56,725 nucleotides of DNA, from IMG/VR virus record IMGVR_UViG_3300020468_000008, positions 1-56,725 of that record. One strand, given 5' to 3'. The position numbers and the translations under genes are program-made. The DNA is from a virus. Its lineage: Duplodnaviria; Caudoviricetes. This document shows, one piece after another, positions 37,695 to 48,277 of the stretch. The notes under the pieces were generated by a model, which worked only from the letters and a program-made list of their open reading frames with translations, searched no databases and was not told where the DNA came from. Positions within the stretch are counted from its first letter, which is position 1. The number at the start of each line of letters is the position of its first letter.

Positions 37695-40540
37695 TGTCAG
37701 TAGCACGAATACAGCTAAGAAGAGACACTGCATCCAACTGGTCAGGAACAAATCCTATTTTAAATGCTGGAGAAATCGGTTATGAAACTGATACTGGCAA
37801 AGCAAAAATTGGAGATGGAACGGCGGCTTGGAGCACACTAGCTTATCGTATCTATACTCCTGCTTTTTCAGATTTAACATCTACTCCTACTACTATAGCA
37901 GGCTATGGAATTACAGATGCTTTTGATGGAGCATATGCAAGTCTTACGGGTAAACCTACGCTTTTTGATGGAGCTTTTACTTCTTTAACAGGTAAACCTA
38001 CTACTATAGGTGGCTATGGTATTACAGATGCTTTTAACGGTGCCTATGCAAGTCTTACAGGAAAGCCTACGCTTTTTGATGGGGCTTTTACTTCTTTAAC
38101 AGGTAAACCTACTACAATAGCAGGATACGGGATTACGGATGCTTTCAATAGTCAGTTTAGCAGTCTTCAAGGATTACCAAATACAATAGCTGGATATGGT
38201 ATTTCAGATGCATTTACAGGTAATTTTACAGATTTAACAAATGTACCAACTACTGTAGCAGGATACGGCATTACTGATGCGTTAACTTCGGTAGCTTTTG
38301 CAGATTTAACCTCTAAACCAACTACATTATCTGGGTATGGGATTACGGATGCAGCTCCTTTAGCTTCCCCTAGTCTTACAGGTGCTCCAACAGCTCCAAC
38401 AGCAAGTAGTGGAAGTAATACTACTCAATTGGCTACTACTGCTTTTGTTCAAAGTGCAATTACTCCTTTCGCAGAAACAGAAGCTTCCGGTAAACTTTAT
38501 TTTCAAGACAACGCTCCTACTATTTTAGCTCTAGGAGAGTTATGGTTAGAAACTGATACAGGAGGATTTTATAAAGCGGCTGCAGGTAGCACAACCATAC
38601 CGCTTAATAATGGAAATGTTGCAAGTTCCTCAAATACAATCACAGTTCCAGCAGCAGGAGCATCAGATACAAGATTAGTAGTAGCTACAGGACTTCCTTC
38701 TGGCTCTGTTACATTAAGAGTTGCTGTGCATTTTGAATCTTTTACTAGTACCGGAGTAAATCAACCTGAAATTGGACAAGTAACATACGAAGACAACACA
38801 ACAGCAAATATAAATTCTAATAGTTTTACTCGATCTTCGGGTAATGCTTTTGATATAAAAAAGATAAAGAGTTTTACTTTTACATCGGGAGGAACAAATA
38901 ATAGTTCTGCCTCTCATATTACTCTAACTGTTTCTTCGGCCCCAGAGTGGCAAGTAAAAGAATCTAATATACAAGCAAAAGTTGATGCAATTATTGATTC
39001 TGCTCCAGGAGCATTAAATACATTAAATGAGTTAGCAGCAGCTATAAATGATGATGCTAGTTTTAGCACAACAATTACAAATAGTATTGCTACTAAAGCA
39101 CCTTTAGCATCTCCTACATTAACAGGGGCCCCTACCGCTCCTACAGCTAGTACTAATACAAATACTACTCAAATTGCTACTACTGGATTTGTTCAGCAAG
39201 AGATTACAAATAAAACTATAAATTTATCAGATTTAAGCGTTACTCAAAATGCTGCATCTGGAACAGGCACTTTAAATTATAATAATAGTTCTGGAGTATT
39301 CTCCTATACTCCCCCCGCCGGGCTTACTTCCATAGGATTTGCTGCAGTTACTGGAAAGCCAACTACTATATCAGGGTATGGTATTACAGATGCTTTAACT
39401 ACTGGGGCAAATGCAGATATAGGAAGTAATAACTTTATCACTACTGGTAAAGTTTTATTTGCAAACATGTATGCAAATCTTAGTGATCTTCCTAGTGCTA
39501 CTACATATCATGGTATGTTTGCGCATGTTCATGCAACAGGAGCTGCCTATTTTGCACACGCCGGAAACTGGGTAGAGTTAACAAATAAATCAGATACTAA
39601 TGTAGTATCTATAAGTGATTCAGCTCCAAGTTCTCCTGCATCGGGAGATTTATGGTTTGATTCTACTAATTTAAACTTATATGTATATTATGCTGACGGC
39701 TCATCAAATCAATGGGTTCAAACTAATCCAACAGGAGGAGGGGGTGGAGGTAGTGGTAGCGGAATAAGTAGCGTAGTAGTTGATACAACTCCACAATTAG
39801 GTGGAGATTTAGATGTTAATGGAAATAGTATTGTTAGTGTAAGTAACGGCAATATCCCAATTACACCAAATGGATCAGGAAAAGTAATACTAGACGGTCT
39901 TAGCTGGCCTACTTCGGATGGCACTGCTAATCAAGTAATTAAAACTGATGGCTCTGGCAATTTAAGTTTTGTTAATCAATCCGGAGGAGGGGGAGGTAGT
40001 TATGCTAACTCCGATGTAGATACTCATTTAAATCAAAGCACTGCAGGGACAAATGAAGTACTGAGCTGGGACGGAAGTGACTATGCTTGGGTATCAAATA
40101 GTGGCGGTGGAGGCGGTAGCTATGCAAACTCTGACGTAGATACTCACCTAAATAAAAGCACTGCAGCAACAGGAGAAGTACTAAGTTGGAATGGTAGTGA
40201 TTATGATTGGGTAGCACAAGAATTCATTAAGTCTTATCGTTATGACGGGTCTTTATCTACAAATACAGGAACAAAAAGACTCTATTTACAAAAAGGATAC
40301 ACTTTAAAAAGTATTCATGCCTATGTAGATACGGCTTCTGCAGGGGCAGCAGTAAATACTCAGATAAAGAAAAATGGATCAAATTTACAAGCTGTAAGTA
40401 TAGCAGCAGGAGCTACAACAGCAAGCTCAACTTCTTTATCTCATTCTATTGCTGCAAATGATTATTTAACAATTGATATAACTCAGGTAGGCTCTTCAAC
40501 AGCGGGCGAAAATTTATACCTAGTGTTTACATTTAACTAA
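37694..40540 (+). CDS. tail fibre protein with Mtd/hyaluronidase-type N-terminal domain
   Basis: RIQLRRDTASNW..NPILNAGEIGYETDTGKAKIGDG; many KPTTIAGYGITDA repeats; APLASP repeats. Confidence 0.8.
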   Translation: MSVARIQLRRDTASNWSGTNPILNAGEIGYETDTGKAKIGDGTAAWSTLAYRIYTPAFSDLTSTPTTIAGYGITDAFDGAYASLTGKPTLFDGAFTSLTGKPTTIGGYGITDAFNGAYASLTGKPTLFDGAFTSLTGKPTTIAGYGITDAFNSQFSSLQGLPNTIAGYGISDAFTGNFTDLTNVPTTVAGYGITDALTSVAFADLTSKPTTLSGYGITDAAPLASPSLTGAPTAPTASSGSNTTQLATTAFVQSAITPFAETEASGKLYFQDNAPTILALGELWLETDTGGFYKAAAGSTTIPLNNGNVASSSNTITVPAAGASDTRLVVATGLPSGSVTLRVAVHFESFTSTGVNQPEIGQVTYEDNTTANINSNSFTRSSGNAFDIKKIKSFTFTSGGTNNSSASHITLTVSSAPEWQVKESNIQAKVDAIIDSAPGALNTLNELAAAINDDASFSTTITNSIATKAPLASPTLTGAPTAPTASTNTNTTQIATTGFVQQEITNKTINLSDLSVTQNAASGTGTLNYNNSSGVFSYTPPAGLTSIGFAAVTGKPTTISGYGITDALTTGANADIGSNNFITTGKVLFANMYANLSDLPSATTYHGMFAHVHATGAAYFAHAGNWVELTNKSDTNVVSISDSAPSSPASGDLWFDSTNLNLYVYYADGSSNQWVQTNPTGGGGGGSGSGISSVVVDTTPQLGGDLDVNGNSIVSVSNGNIPITPNGSGKVILDGLSWPTSDGTANQVIKTDGSGNLSFVNQSGGGGGSYANSDVDTHLNQSTAGTNEVLSWDGSDYAWVSNSGGGGGSYANSDVDTHLNKSTAATGEVLSWNGSDYDWVAQEFIKSYRYDGSLSTNTGTKRLYLQKGYTLKSIHAYVDTASAGAAVNTQIKKNGSNLQAVSIAAGATTASSTSLSHSIAANDYLTIDITQVGSSTAGENLYLVFTFN
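37880..38352 (+). repeat. coding tandem repeats (PTTIAGYGITDAFDGAYASLTGK)
   Basis: Six GYGI(T/S)DA units, including two near-identical longer DNA blocks. Confidence 0.8.
39982..40218 (+). repeat. two-copy coding duplication (GGGGGSYANSDVDTHLNxSTA..EVLSWxGSDYxWV)
   Basis: Direct repeat of about 120 bp visible in DNA and protein. Confidence 0.8.
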
Positions 40541-40551
40541 GGAGAAAATAT

Positions 40552-41802
40552 ATGTATGCTAAATTAGTATTCCCCGGCAACACCAAAACTGGGGAGCAAG
40601 TTAGAGACATTGTAAGACTAATTACAAGCTCTACATCAAGTACAGCAAGTCTTTCTGGGCTTGAATTTATTGACACAACAAACTCTACTGTTGCTGGTGC
40701 AAACAGTGGCTGGAGCCTACACTCAGGATCTTCGCTTCCAAGTTCGGGAACGGCTGTAAGTGCAGCAGACTCTAACTTTACAATGCAAGCAGTGTGTGCA
40801 ACAGCGAGTAAAACAAAGTATTGTAGTATTCATGTAAATGGTTCATGGACTCATGCGCTTGCAACACATACTGGAGATGATTTTGGATTTACAATGTCAA
40901 GTGTACTAGATCCTGGCGCGTCTACAGAAATGTGGAGCAATGGCTATACTGGCACTACCGCAGATATTGGAGATGCAAATTCAATTTGTGGAAATATAGA
41001 ACACTCAGATACAGGAATACATATTTTTGCAGATGCGCGTCGAATAATTATATTTGGTAAAGATGGAAATGGTTATAATATTTTACAAATGAATGGTGAG
41101 TTTACTGAAACTGATACAACTACTCGCTATACTCTTGTTCCTCAAGCTCAAATACAGTTGGCAGGTATGTATCACGGCACAGTTACAAACAATGTTAGCT
41201 ATCGCGGCGATACTTATGCAATTTGGCAACAACAAACATATTCTTGGTCTTGGATTAGTTTCTGTGAGTCTATGTACTCCTATCAGCAGGGGTGGACAGG
41301 AAAACTTCGATATACAGGATGGCATCATATTAATGATAGAGCTACCTATGATGGAAAATATCGCAGACGAAGTACACTAGATGATAGTACTCAATATGGT
41401 AGTAGTACAAATGAAGTACTCGCAGGATATGGAGCATCTCACGCAAGTTTTGAGCATGTAGATAATCCGGCTAGAATTATGTTTGGTCTAGAATCTTATA
41501 ATCAAAGCTATAATGCTACTACAGGATATGATGCAGGATATGGAAGAGCTTCAAGTGGCGCTGTTGATTATGATTCAAGTGGAAATGCTGGCCTTGCTTT
41601 GTATAAGTTATGGTGGTCTTCTCCAAGATGCTGGAATTCAGATCAACAAATTTTTTCAGATCTTTGTAATATTTGGAGATGTGCAGGAGGTCTTGGGTCA
41701 GATGGAGATACTGTAACAATTGGGTCAGATGTCTACGTTTATCTCAATGAAAACCATACCACCCCAACTAGTCTAGGTGGTTACTTAATTAAGAGAACAT
41801 AA
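40552..41802 (+). CDS. putative virion protein, Tyr/Trp/Ser/Gly-rich
   Basis: RBS AAGGAG; 416-aa ORF in the fibre operon. Confidence 0.6.
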   Translation: MYAKLVFPGNTKTGEQVRDIVRLITSSTSSTASLSGLEFIDTTNSTVAGANSGWSLHSGSSLPSSGTAVSAADSNFTMQAVCATASKTKYCSIHVNGSWTHALATHTGDDFGFTMSSVLDPGASTEMWSNGYTGTTADIGDANSICGNIEHSDTGIHIFADARRIIIFGKDGNGYNILQMNGEFTETDTTTRYTLVPQAQIQLAGMYHGTVTNNVSYRGDTYAIWQQQTYSWSWISFCESMYSYQQGWTGKLRYTGWHHINDRATYDGKYRRRSTLDDSTQYGSSTNEVLAGYGASHASFEHVDNPARIMFGLESYNQSYNATTGYDAGYGRASSGAVDYDSSGNAGLALYKLWWSSPRCWNSDQQIFSDLCNIWRCAGGLGSDGDTVTIGSDVYVYLNENHTTPTSLGGYLIKRT

Positions 41803-41803
41803 A

Positions 41804-42127
41804 ATGGCAGCTTTACAACATACATACGGGGATCCTGCAACTTCTTATAATATAACAGCGCTACATATTGTAGATTCTGGTATGGCCGATCATACATTTT
41901 TACAAGGTGCAGGAAACTTTATAAAAGATAATATAACCGCTCTACATATTGCAGATACTGGAATAGCTGATCATACATTTTTACAGGGTGCAGGAAACTT
42001 TATAAAAGATAATATAACCGCTCTACATGTTATGGATACTGGAATAGCTGATAGTATCTTTTTGAAAGGAGGAGTTTCAAGTCAATATGCAGAAACAACA
42101 GCCGCAGATCCGGAAAGTTGGGAATAA
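41804..42127 (+). CDS. small protein built from a 27-aa tandem repeat
   Basis: NITALHIxDxGxADHTFLQGAGNFIKD, two full and one partial copy. Confidence 0.7.
   Translation: MAALQHTYGDPATSYNITALHIVDSGMADHTFLQGAGNFIKDNITALHIADTGIADHTFLQGAGNFIKDNITALHVMDTGIADSIFLKGGVSSQYAETTAADPESWE
41849..42070 (+). repeat. 81-bp tandem repeat
   Basis: Units start at 41849, 41930 and 42011. Confidence 0.9.
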
Positions 42128-42129
42128 TT

Positions 42130-42378
42130 ATGAAACTAACAAAAACATATACAGATTCTAGTAGTAAGATAACTCATGTAGAAATTTCTATATCTGAAAC
42201 AGAAGAAGAAACAACTGTAACAGTATCAGATATATTTGCCCTCCGAGAACCAGTAGATTCTATTGATGAAAAGTCTGCAGTAAAAAGTATTGCTGTATGG
42301 TCTTCTCAAATAGGGGCACTACAACAAGCAGCCAGAACAAAATTACATATTGCCTCATTAACAGAAGCAACAGTTTAG
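42130..42378 (+). CDS. hypothetical protein
   Basis: ATG 42130 just after the previous stop, in track ORF 42118..42378. Confidence 0.6.
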   Translation: MKLTKTYTDSSSKITHVEISISETEEETTVTVSDIFALREPVDSIDEKSAVKSIAVWSSQIGALQQAARTKLHIASLTEATV

Positions 42379-42387
42379 GAGTAAATC

Positions 42388-44175
42388 ATGGCGTTTAATT
42401 TTCCAAACAGCCCATCCAATGGAGATACTACTACAGTAGGAGGTATTACTTATACTTATAATTCTACATTAGGCGTTTGGAAAAGCACTCCTGCAACAGC
42501 AGCTACTCCTGCTATTACTAGTGATGGTTCTACCCCAAGTTTATCTTCTGGAATTACTGCTGCCGAAATAAAAACTTTACTTGGAGTTACTACTGATATA
42601 TCGGCTGTAGTAAATGGAGCTCCAACAGGTCTTGATACTTTAGATGAAATAGCTGCTGCTATTAATGATGATACTACTTTTCATACAACAGTAACAAATG
42701 CTTTAGCAGCAAAAGCAGCACTAGCTTCTCCTGCTTTTACAGGTGCTCCTACAGCACCAACAGCAGGGGCAAGTACAAATACTACTCAGTTAGCAACAAC
42801 TGCATTTGTACAGCAAGAAATAGGAACTCCTTTTGTAAAAACAGATTTAAGTGTAACAACTGGAAGTGCAAGCGGCGGAGGCTCTTTATCTTATAATAAC
42901 TCTACTGGAGTATTTAGTTTTACGCCTGCAGGCACTGGATTTAGTGGAGTATTTAGCGATCTTAGTAGTAAGCCAACTACTATATCTGGATATGGTATCA
43001 CAGATGCATTTGATGGTGTCTTTGCATCTCTTAGTAGTAAGCCTACTACCATATCTGGCTACGGCATTACCGATGGATATACTACAGGAGCACATATTGT
43101 TCCTGCAACAACTGATGTATATGATTTAGGCTCTTCAACTCATAGATTTCGACACTTATATCTAAAAGGAAGTAGTATATATTTAGGGGCAGGGTCTGAT
43201 CAAGTTACTTTAACTGCTAGTGGTGGAAAATTACAATCAGGTAGTAATGAATATTTAATTAAAGGCGAAAATATTGACCTAGGAAGCTATAATCTTACTA
43301 CTACTGGCAAAATTTTATTTGCAAATATGTATTCAGCGCTTTCTGATTTACCAAGCGCTACAACGTATCATGGTATGTTTGCACACGTTCACGCAACTGG
43401 AGCAGCATACTTTGCACATGCGGGAAACTGGGTAGAACTTGCAAATAAATCTTATGTAGATACACAAATTACTGGCTTAGTTGACTCTGCGCCAGGTGCA
43501 TTAGATACTTTAAATGAACTTGCAGCAGCTCTTAATGATGATGCAAGTTTTTCCACAACAGTTACAAATAGTTTAGCTGCAAAAGCGCCTTTAGCAAGTC
43601 CTACATTTACAGGAGCCCCTGCAGCACCTACAGCAGGTTCTGGAACAAATACCACTCAACTTGCAACTACTGCATTTGTAACTGCAGCTGTTGCTGCAGG
43701 AGGTGGAGGAGGAGGTGGAGCTTCTGTATCTACTTCTGATTCTGCACCAAGCAGTCCAAGTGATGGAGATCTTTGGTATAATACAAGTGTAGGTGGATTG
43801 TTTGTATACTATCAAGATGCAGACTCTTCCCAATGGGTAGAAATTGTAGGTAAAACAGGTGCTACAGGTCCTGCAGGAGCAGGAGCAGGATCTTTTGTAG
43901 AAAAAACTTCATCATATACAGCAGTTGCAGGGGATAAATTAATAGTAGATACATCTAATGCTGTTACTATAACTTTGCCTACAAGTGCAACAATAGGCGA
44001 TGAAATAAGAGTTATAGATGGTACTGGAAACGCAAATACAAATAATATTACTATTGCAAGAAATGGGCATAAAATTCAAGGTGCAGCATCAAATTTAACA
44101 GTAGGTACAGAACGAGCCGCATTTGGCCTGGTATATTATAATGCAGCCCAAGGCTGGCTGTTAACGGAGCGATAA
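42388..44175 (+). CDS. tail fibre-like protein with NFPxSPSNG N-terminal module
   Basis: RBS AGGAG; fibre repeats; APSSPSDGDLWY module; C-terminal DTS..VTITLPTSATIGDEIRVID..NNITIARNG domain. Confidence 0.75.
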   Translation: MAFNFPNSPSNGDTTTVGGITYTYNSTLGVWKSTPATAATPAITSDGSTPSLSSGITAAEIKTLLGVTTDISAVVNGAPTGLDTLDEIAAAINDDTTFHTTVTNALAAKAALASPAFTGAPTAPTAGASTNTTQLATTAFVQQEIGTPFVKTDLSVTTGSASGGGSLSYNNSTGVFSFTPAGTGFSGVFSDLSSKPTTISGYGITDAFDGVFASLSSKPTTISGYGITDGYTTGAHIVPATTDVYDLGSSTHRFRHLYLKGSSIYLGAGSDQVTLTASGGKLQSGSNEYLIKGENIDLGSYNLTTTGKILFANMYSALSDLPSATTYHGMFAHVHATGAAYFAHAGNWVELANKSYVDTQITGLVDSAPGALDTLNELAAALNDDASFSTTVTNSLAAKAPLASPTFTGAPAAPTAGSGTNTTQLATTAFVTAAVAAGGGGGGGASVSTSDSAPSSPSDGDLWYNTSVGGLFVYYQDADSSQWVEIVGKTGATGPAGAGAGSFVEKTSSYTAVAGDKLIVDTSNAVTITLPTSATIGDEIRVIDGTGNANTNNITIARNGHKIQGAASNLTVGTERAAFGLVYYNAAQGWLLTER

Positions 44176-45494
44176 TGGCAACTTATTCAAGCATAAGATA
44201 TGTTTCTACAGGAGGTGGGGGTGCAGGAGTAACTGTATACGCAAACTTTGCTGCATTTCCTGCAAGCCCGAGTGAAGGAGACTTAGCATACGCAAACGAT
44301 ACAGACGCTTTGTATGTGCGAAAAGGTTCTTCATGGAATAGAATTGATAGTGGCGAAGAAGCGCCTGTAATTCTTACTGAACCTCCTACAGCAACTCAAA
44401 ATTTAGCTATTGATGGAACAACAAAAGTAGTTACAATGACTGCTCAAGATCCTGAAGGATTTGGTATTACTTATGGAATTGCATATGCTACCGCAAACAA
44501 TGCTCGTCCTACTCAACTAAGTGCTGATACTACTATAAATCAAGGCACGGGAGCATATACTTTTACTCCCTCTACAACTCAAGCCCATGCAGGAAATTTT
44601 AAAGCGCGACTAAGTGCTTCAGATGGGGCAAAAACTACGACTCGACTAGTAAATTTTGGACTATCATTTAATGTAACACTTAGCTACCTTGTTGTAGCAG
44701 GAGGAGGTGCAGGAGGTAAAGGCGTATCTGGAGGTGGTGGCGGTGCTGGAGGTTTACTTTATAGCACTAGTGGAAGTTTTCCTTTAAATACAAACTTTAC
44801 AGTCGCAGTAGGGGCAGGAGGTGCATATGTTTCGGCAAATGCAGATGGTAATGCTGGAGCCAACTCTAGTATTTCGGGTTCCGGACTCACTACTATTACC
44901 GCCATAGGCGGAGGCGGTGGTGGAGGACAAAAAGCATCTACTTCTACTGCTGCAGAACTAGCGGGGGGTTCCGGTGGTGGTGGTACAGGATATAATAACA
45001 CTGGTACAGTTACAGGCCCCGGAGGTAATGCTACTAGTGGTCAGGGTAACGCAGGAGGTACTGGAAGCTATGGAACAGGTTTTGGCGGCGGGGGTGGCGG
45101 TGCCGGTCAAGCCGGAGGCAATCATAATGATTCTGGCAGTGCTCAATCGAAAGGAGGAGACGGCCTAGAGTATAGTATTAGTGGTACAGCTACTTACTAC
45201 GCAGGTGGAGGCGGTGGCGGTGGCTATAACACTTCGGGCAAGGCAGGAGGACAGGGCGGAGCTGGAAATGGCGGTTCAAGAGCTGCTATTGGAGGAGATG
45301 CTACAGCTAACACTGGTGGTGGAGGAGGTGGAGTAAGTGATGCAGGTCGAAGTGGTGCAGGCGGTAGCGGTATTGTTATTATTCGTGCTGCTAATACATA
45401 CAGTGCCAGCGGCTCTGGCTTTACAGAAACAACCTCTGGATCAGATAAAATTTGGACATTTACAGGCAACGGAACAATAACATTCTCATCATAG
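44175..45494 (+). CDS. virion adhesin-like protein: Ig/cadherin-like module + glycine-rich domain
   Basis: AQDPEG..ITY..ASDG module; YLVVAGGGAGG...GGSGIVIIR. Confidence 0.7.
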   Translation: MATYSSIRYVSTGGGGAGVTVYANFAAFPASPSEGDLAYANDTDALYVRKGSSWNRIDSGEEAPVILTEPPTATQNLAIDGTTKVVTMTAQDPEGFGITYGIAYATANNARPTQLSADTTINQGTGAYTFTPSTTQAHAGNFKARLSASDGAKTTTRLVNFGLSFNVTLSYLVVAGGGAGGKGVSGGGGGAGGLLYSTSGSFPLNTNFTVAVGAGGAYVSANADGNAGANSSISGSGLTTITAIGGGGGGGQKASTSTAAELAGGSGGGGTGYNNTGTVTGPGGNATSGQGNAGGTGSYGTGFGGGGGGAGQAGGNHNDSGSAQSKGGDGLEYSISGTATYYAGGGGGGGYNTSGKAGGQGGAGNGGSRAAIGGDATANTGGGGGGVSDAGRSGAGGSGIVIIRAANTYSASGSGFTETTSGSDKIWTFTGNGTITFSS

Positions 45495-45503
45495 GAGTAG
45501 ATA

Positions 45504-46934
45504 ATGGCAACTAACTTTCCAAACAGTCCTTCAAATGGTGCAACTCATACTTTTGGGGGTACTACATATACCTATAGTACTTCTGTAGGTGCTTGGACTG
45601 CTCCTGCATCTGGGGGAGGGGGAGGTGCCTCCGTAACTGTATCAGAAACTGCTCCTTCTAGTGCTTCTGTAGGAGATCTATGGTTTGATCCAAGTGTATT
45701 GAAGACATTTGTCTACTATAATGATGGTACTGCAAATCAGTGGGTTCAGAATAATCCTACAGGTAGCGGAGGAGGTGGTAGTGCCGGAGCATCTGTAACA
45801 GCATCGGATACTGCTCCCTCTTCTCCAAGTGCAGGAGATTTATGGTATAAGTCAGACACAAATGCACTATATGTATACTATAACGATGGAGACTCAAGTC
45901 AATGGGTCGGAATATCTGGACCTGCTGGAGCCACGGGAGCTACGGGAGCCACGGGAGCCACGGGAGCTGCTGCTACTGGCTATGGACAAGTTCCAATTGT
46001 TTATACAGAGCCACCTACAACTCATACTTTAAATAGTGATGGTAGTACTAGCACTGTGCAGATGCAGGCAGTTGATCCTGAAGGAACCTCAATCACCTAT
46101 GCAATTGCATATGCAAATGCTACAAATGCACGCCCAAATCAACTTGCAGCAGATACAAGTATAAATCAAACTACAGGAACTTTTACTTTTGATCCTTCTA
46201 CAACTACTTCTCATGCAGGAAGTTTTAAAGCACGACTAAGTGCTTCAGATGGAATTACACACGCTACTCGTTTTGTAGATTTTACTTTGAGTTTTTATCC
46301 TATTGCGAGCAGTGCTATACTTGCACAATATCATTTTTATGACACAAATTCGTATAATCCTTCTACAAGTACGACTGCCTTGAATGATATTTCAGGAAAT
46401 AGTAATAATCAAACAATTACTAATCCTGGGACTCATACTTCAGACAGTAATCTGACTTTTAATGCTAACACTTATATTAATTTCACTGGTTTGAATGCAA
46501 CAAAAGCTTGGTTTGTATTACTGTATCCTACTACTGGATGGGATGCGACAGTTTTATGGAATGAGGGCACTGCTGGCAGTGTTTTTCACTCGACTTTCCA
46601 TTCTACCGATTCATCACATGGTTACTATAGTGGTTATTCAGCTCACTCTGGAGAAACAATTGTAGATAGAGTTAATGGTACAAATCCAACTAATAGACAG
46701 ACAGCATATAATGCTATTGATATAGGTAAAATGAATAGTGTTATAAACTCAGGAACAAATATGACACCTGGACTTCAATACGCTAATTACCCAAGTTGGG
46801 ATGATGAACACCTTGTAAGAGCAATGGTATTTTTTAATAGAGCAATTACTTTAACAGAAATGGAAGCTTTACACAATTTCTATAGAACAAATTGGCTTGC
46901 AGCAGGCGGCACAATGCCAACGTGGGGTAACTAA
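45504..46934 (+). CDS. virion adhesin-like protein: NFP module, two GDLW modules, collagen-like linker, Ig-like module, lectin-like C-terminus
   Basis: Motifs visible in translation; C-terminal FFNRAITLTEM recalls a LamG/ConA end. Confidence 0.7.
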   Translation: MATNFPNSPSNGATHTFGGTTYTYSTSVGAWTAPASGGGGGASVTVSETAPSSASVGDLWFDPSVLKTFVYYNDGTANQWVQNNPTGSGGGGSAGASVTASDTAPSSPSAGDLWYKSDTNALYVYYNDGDSSQWVGISGPAGATGATGATGATGAAATGYGQVPIVYTEPPTTHTLNSDGSTSTVQMQAVDPEGTSITYAIAYANATNARPNQLAADTSINQTTGTFTFDPSTTTSHAGSFKARLSASDGITHATRFVDFTLSFYPIASSAILAQYHFYDTNSYNPSTSTTALNDISGNSNNQTITNPGTHTSDSNLTFNANTYINFTGLNATKAWFVLLYPTTGWDATVLWNEGTAGSVFHSTFHSTDSSHGYYSGYSAHSGETIVDRVNGTNPTNRQTAYNAIDIGKMNSVINSGTNMTPGLQYANYPSWDDEHLVRAMVFFNRAITLTEMEALHNFYRTNWLAAGGTMPTWGN

Positions 46935-46935
46935 A

Positions 46936-48276
46936 ATGGCGATTAATTTTCCAAATAGCCCATCAAACGGGGCAACTCATACAGCTGCAGGCCAGACATT
47001 TACATATGATGGCACTGCAGGAGTATGGAATCCTCAAGAAGGTACTCCTGTATCTACGGGTACAAGTGCGCCTTCGAGCCCCTCTGCTGGTGATCTTTGG
47101 TTTGATACATCTTCGGGCACTCTTTACTTTTATTATGCCGATGGTTCTTCCAATCAATGGATTGGTGTAAGTGGTCCTGCTGGAGCCACTGGAGCCACTG
47201 GAGCAACAGGTGCGGCGGGAGCAAATGCTGCCCCAGTAAGCTATACGGCACAAACAAATCTTCCGAGCTCTGGAAATACTGTAGGATCTTTTGCATGGCT
47301 TACAAGTACAAATCAACTAGCAGTAGCAGAATCTACAAGTAATTGGAGTATATTCACTAGAGATACTACAACTGATTTTACTGCAACAGGAGGAACAACT
47401 TCAACATACACAGGAGATGGAACAAATGGAACAAATGGTGTTGGCTATAAAGTTCATATTTTTACTTCTTCTGGAAACTTTGTAACAAGTGCATCAAAAA
47501 GTTTTGATTATATTGTAGTTGCAGGAGGAGGTTCTGGAGGACCAAGACACTCTGGTGGTGGAGGTGCTGGAGGATATATTGCACAAACAGGAGTAACAAT
47601 TGCGGCAGGAACGCATGCAATTGTAATCGGAGGTGGCGGTGCTGGAATCGCAGCGTCTGCGGGCACTGCCGGAAATAATGGTAGTAATACGACTTTTAAC
47701 AGTCATACTGCTATAGGAGGTGGAGGTGGTGGTTATTCAACGACTGCTGCGGGTAATGGTGGGTCCGGAGGCGGTTCTTCAAGTTGGAACAGTCTTACTA
47801 GTCAAGGTAGTGGAACAACCGGACAAGGATATGCTGGCGGGGCTGGATTTTTTCAAAGTGCAGGAGATATTCGAGTCTCCGGAGGAGGTGGAGGTGCTTC
47901 CGAAGTCGGTGAAAGTGGTAGTGCAACCACAGATGGAGATGGAGGAGACGGAATACAAAATTATATAACCGGTACAGGACACTACTGGGCCGGGGGAGGT
48001 GGTGCTGGTAACTGGAACACTGGTCGAGACGGCGGAGACGGCGGAAAAGGTGGTGGAGGTGGTGGCGGAGCCACTCACGGTAGCGGAGGAACAGGAGACA
48101 CTAATGCTCTAAATGCAGGAGCTAATGGAGAAGGTTCTGGAAATCCTTCTGCAGGAGGCGCGGGAGGTGCAAATACTGGAGGAGGTTCCGGTGGCGGAGC
48201 ACAGACTTATAGCAGTTATGTAGGGGGCTCAGGTAACGGCGGTTCTGGCGTTGTAATTATAAGGTACGAGACATAA
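46936..48276 (+). CDS. virion adhesin-like protein: NFP module + glycine-rich domain
   Basis: ATG 46936 (MAINFPNSPSNG); YKVHIFTSSG, YIVVAGGGSGG, GGSGVVIIRY. Confidence 0.7.
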   Translation: MAINFPNSPSNGATHTAAGQTFTYDGTAGVWNPQEGTPVSTGTSAPSSPSAGDLWFDTSSGTLYFYYADGSSNQWIGVSGPAGATGATGATGAAGANAAPVSYTAQTNLPSSGNTVGSFAWLTSTNQLAVAESTSNWSIFTRDTTTDFTATGGTTSTYTGDGTNGTNGVGYKVHIFTSSGNFVTSASKSFDYIVVAGGGSGGPRHSGGGGAGGYIAQTGVTIAAGTHAIVIGGGGAGIAASAGTAGNNGSNTTFNSHTAIGGGGGGYSTTAAGNGGSGGGSSSWNSLTSQGSGTTGQGYAGGAGFFQSAGDIRVSGGGGGASEVGESGSATTDGDGGDGIQNYITGTGHYWAGGGGAGNWNTGRDGGDGGKGGGGGGGATHGSGGTGDTNALNAGANGEGSGNPSAGGAGGANTGGGSGGGAQTYSSYVGGSGNGGSGVVIIRYET

Positions 48277-48277
48277 A

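Noticed and set aside
41849-42070. Possible CRISPR array
   Set aside because: Contiguous 81-bp in-frame coding units with no unique spacers and no cas genes.
45927-45968. 9-bp tandem repeat GGAGC(C/T)ACG as a phase-variation tract
   Set aside because: In-frame Gly-Ala-Thr collagen-like linker; slippage would not shift the frame.
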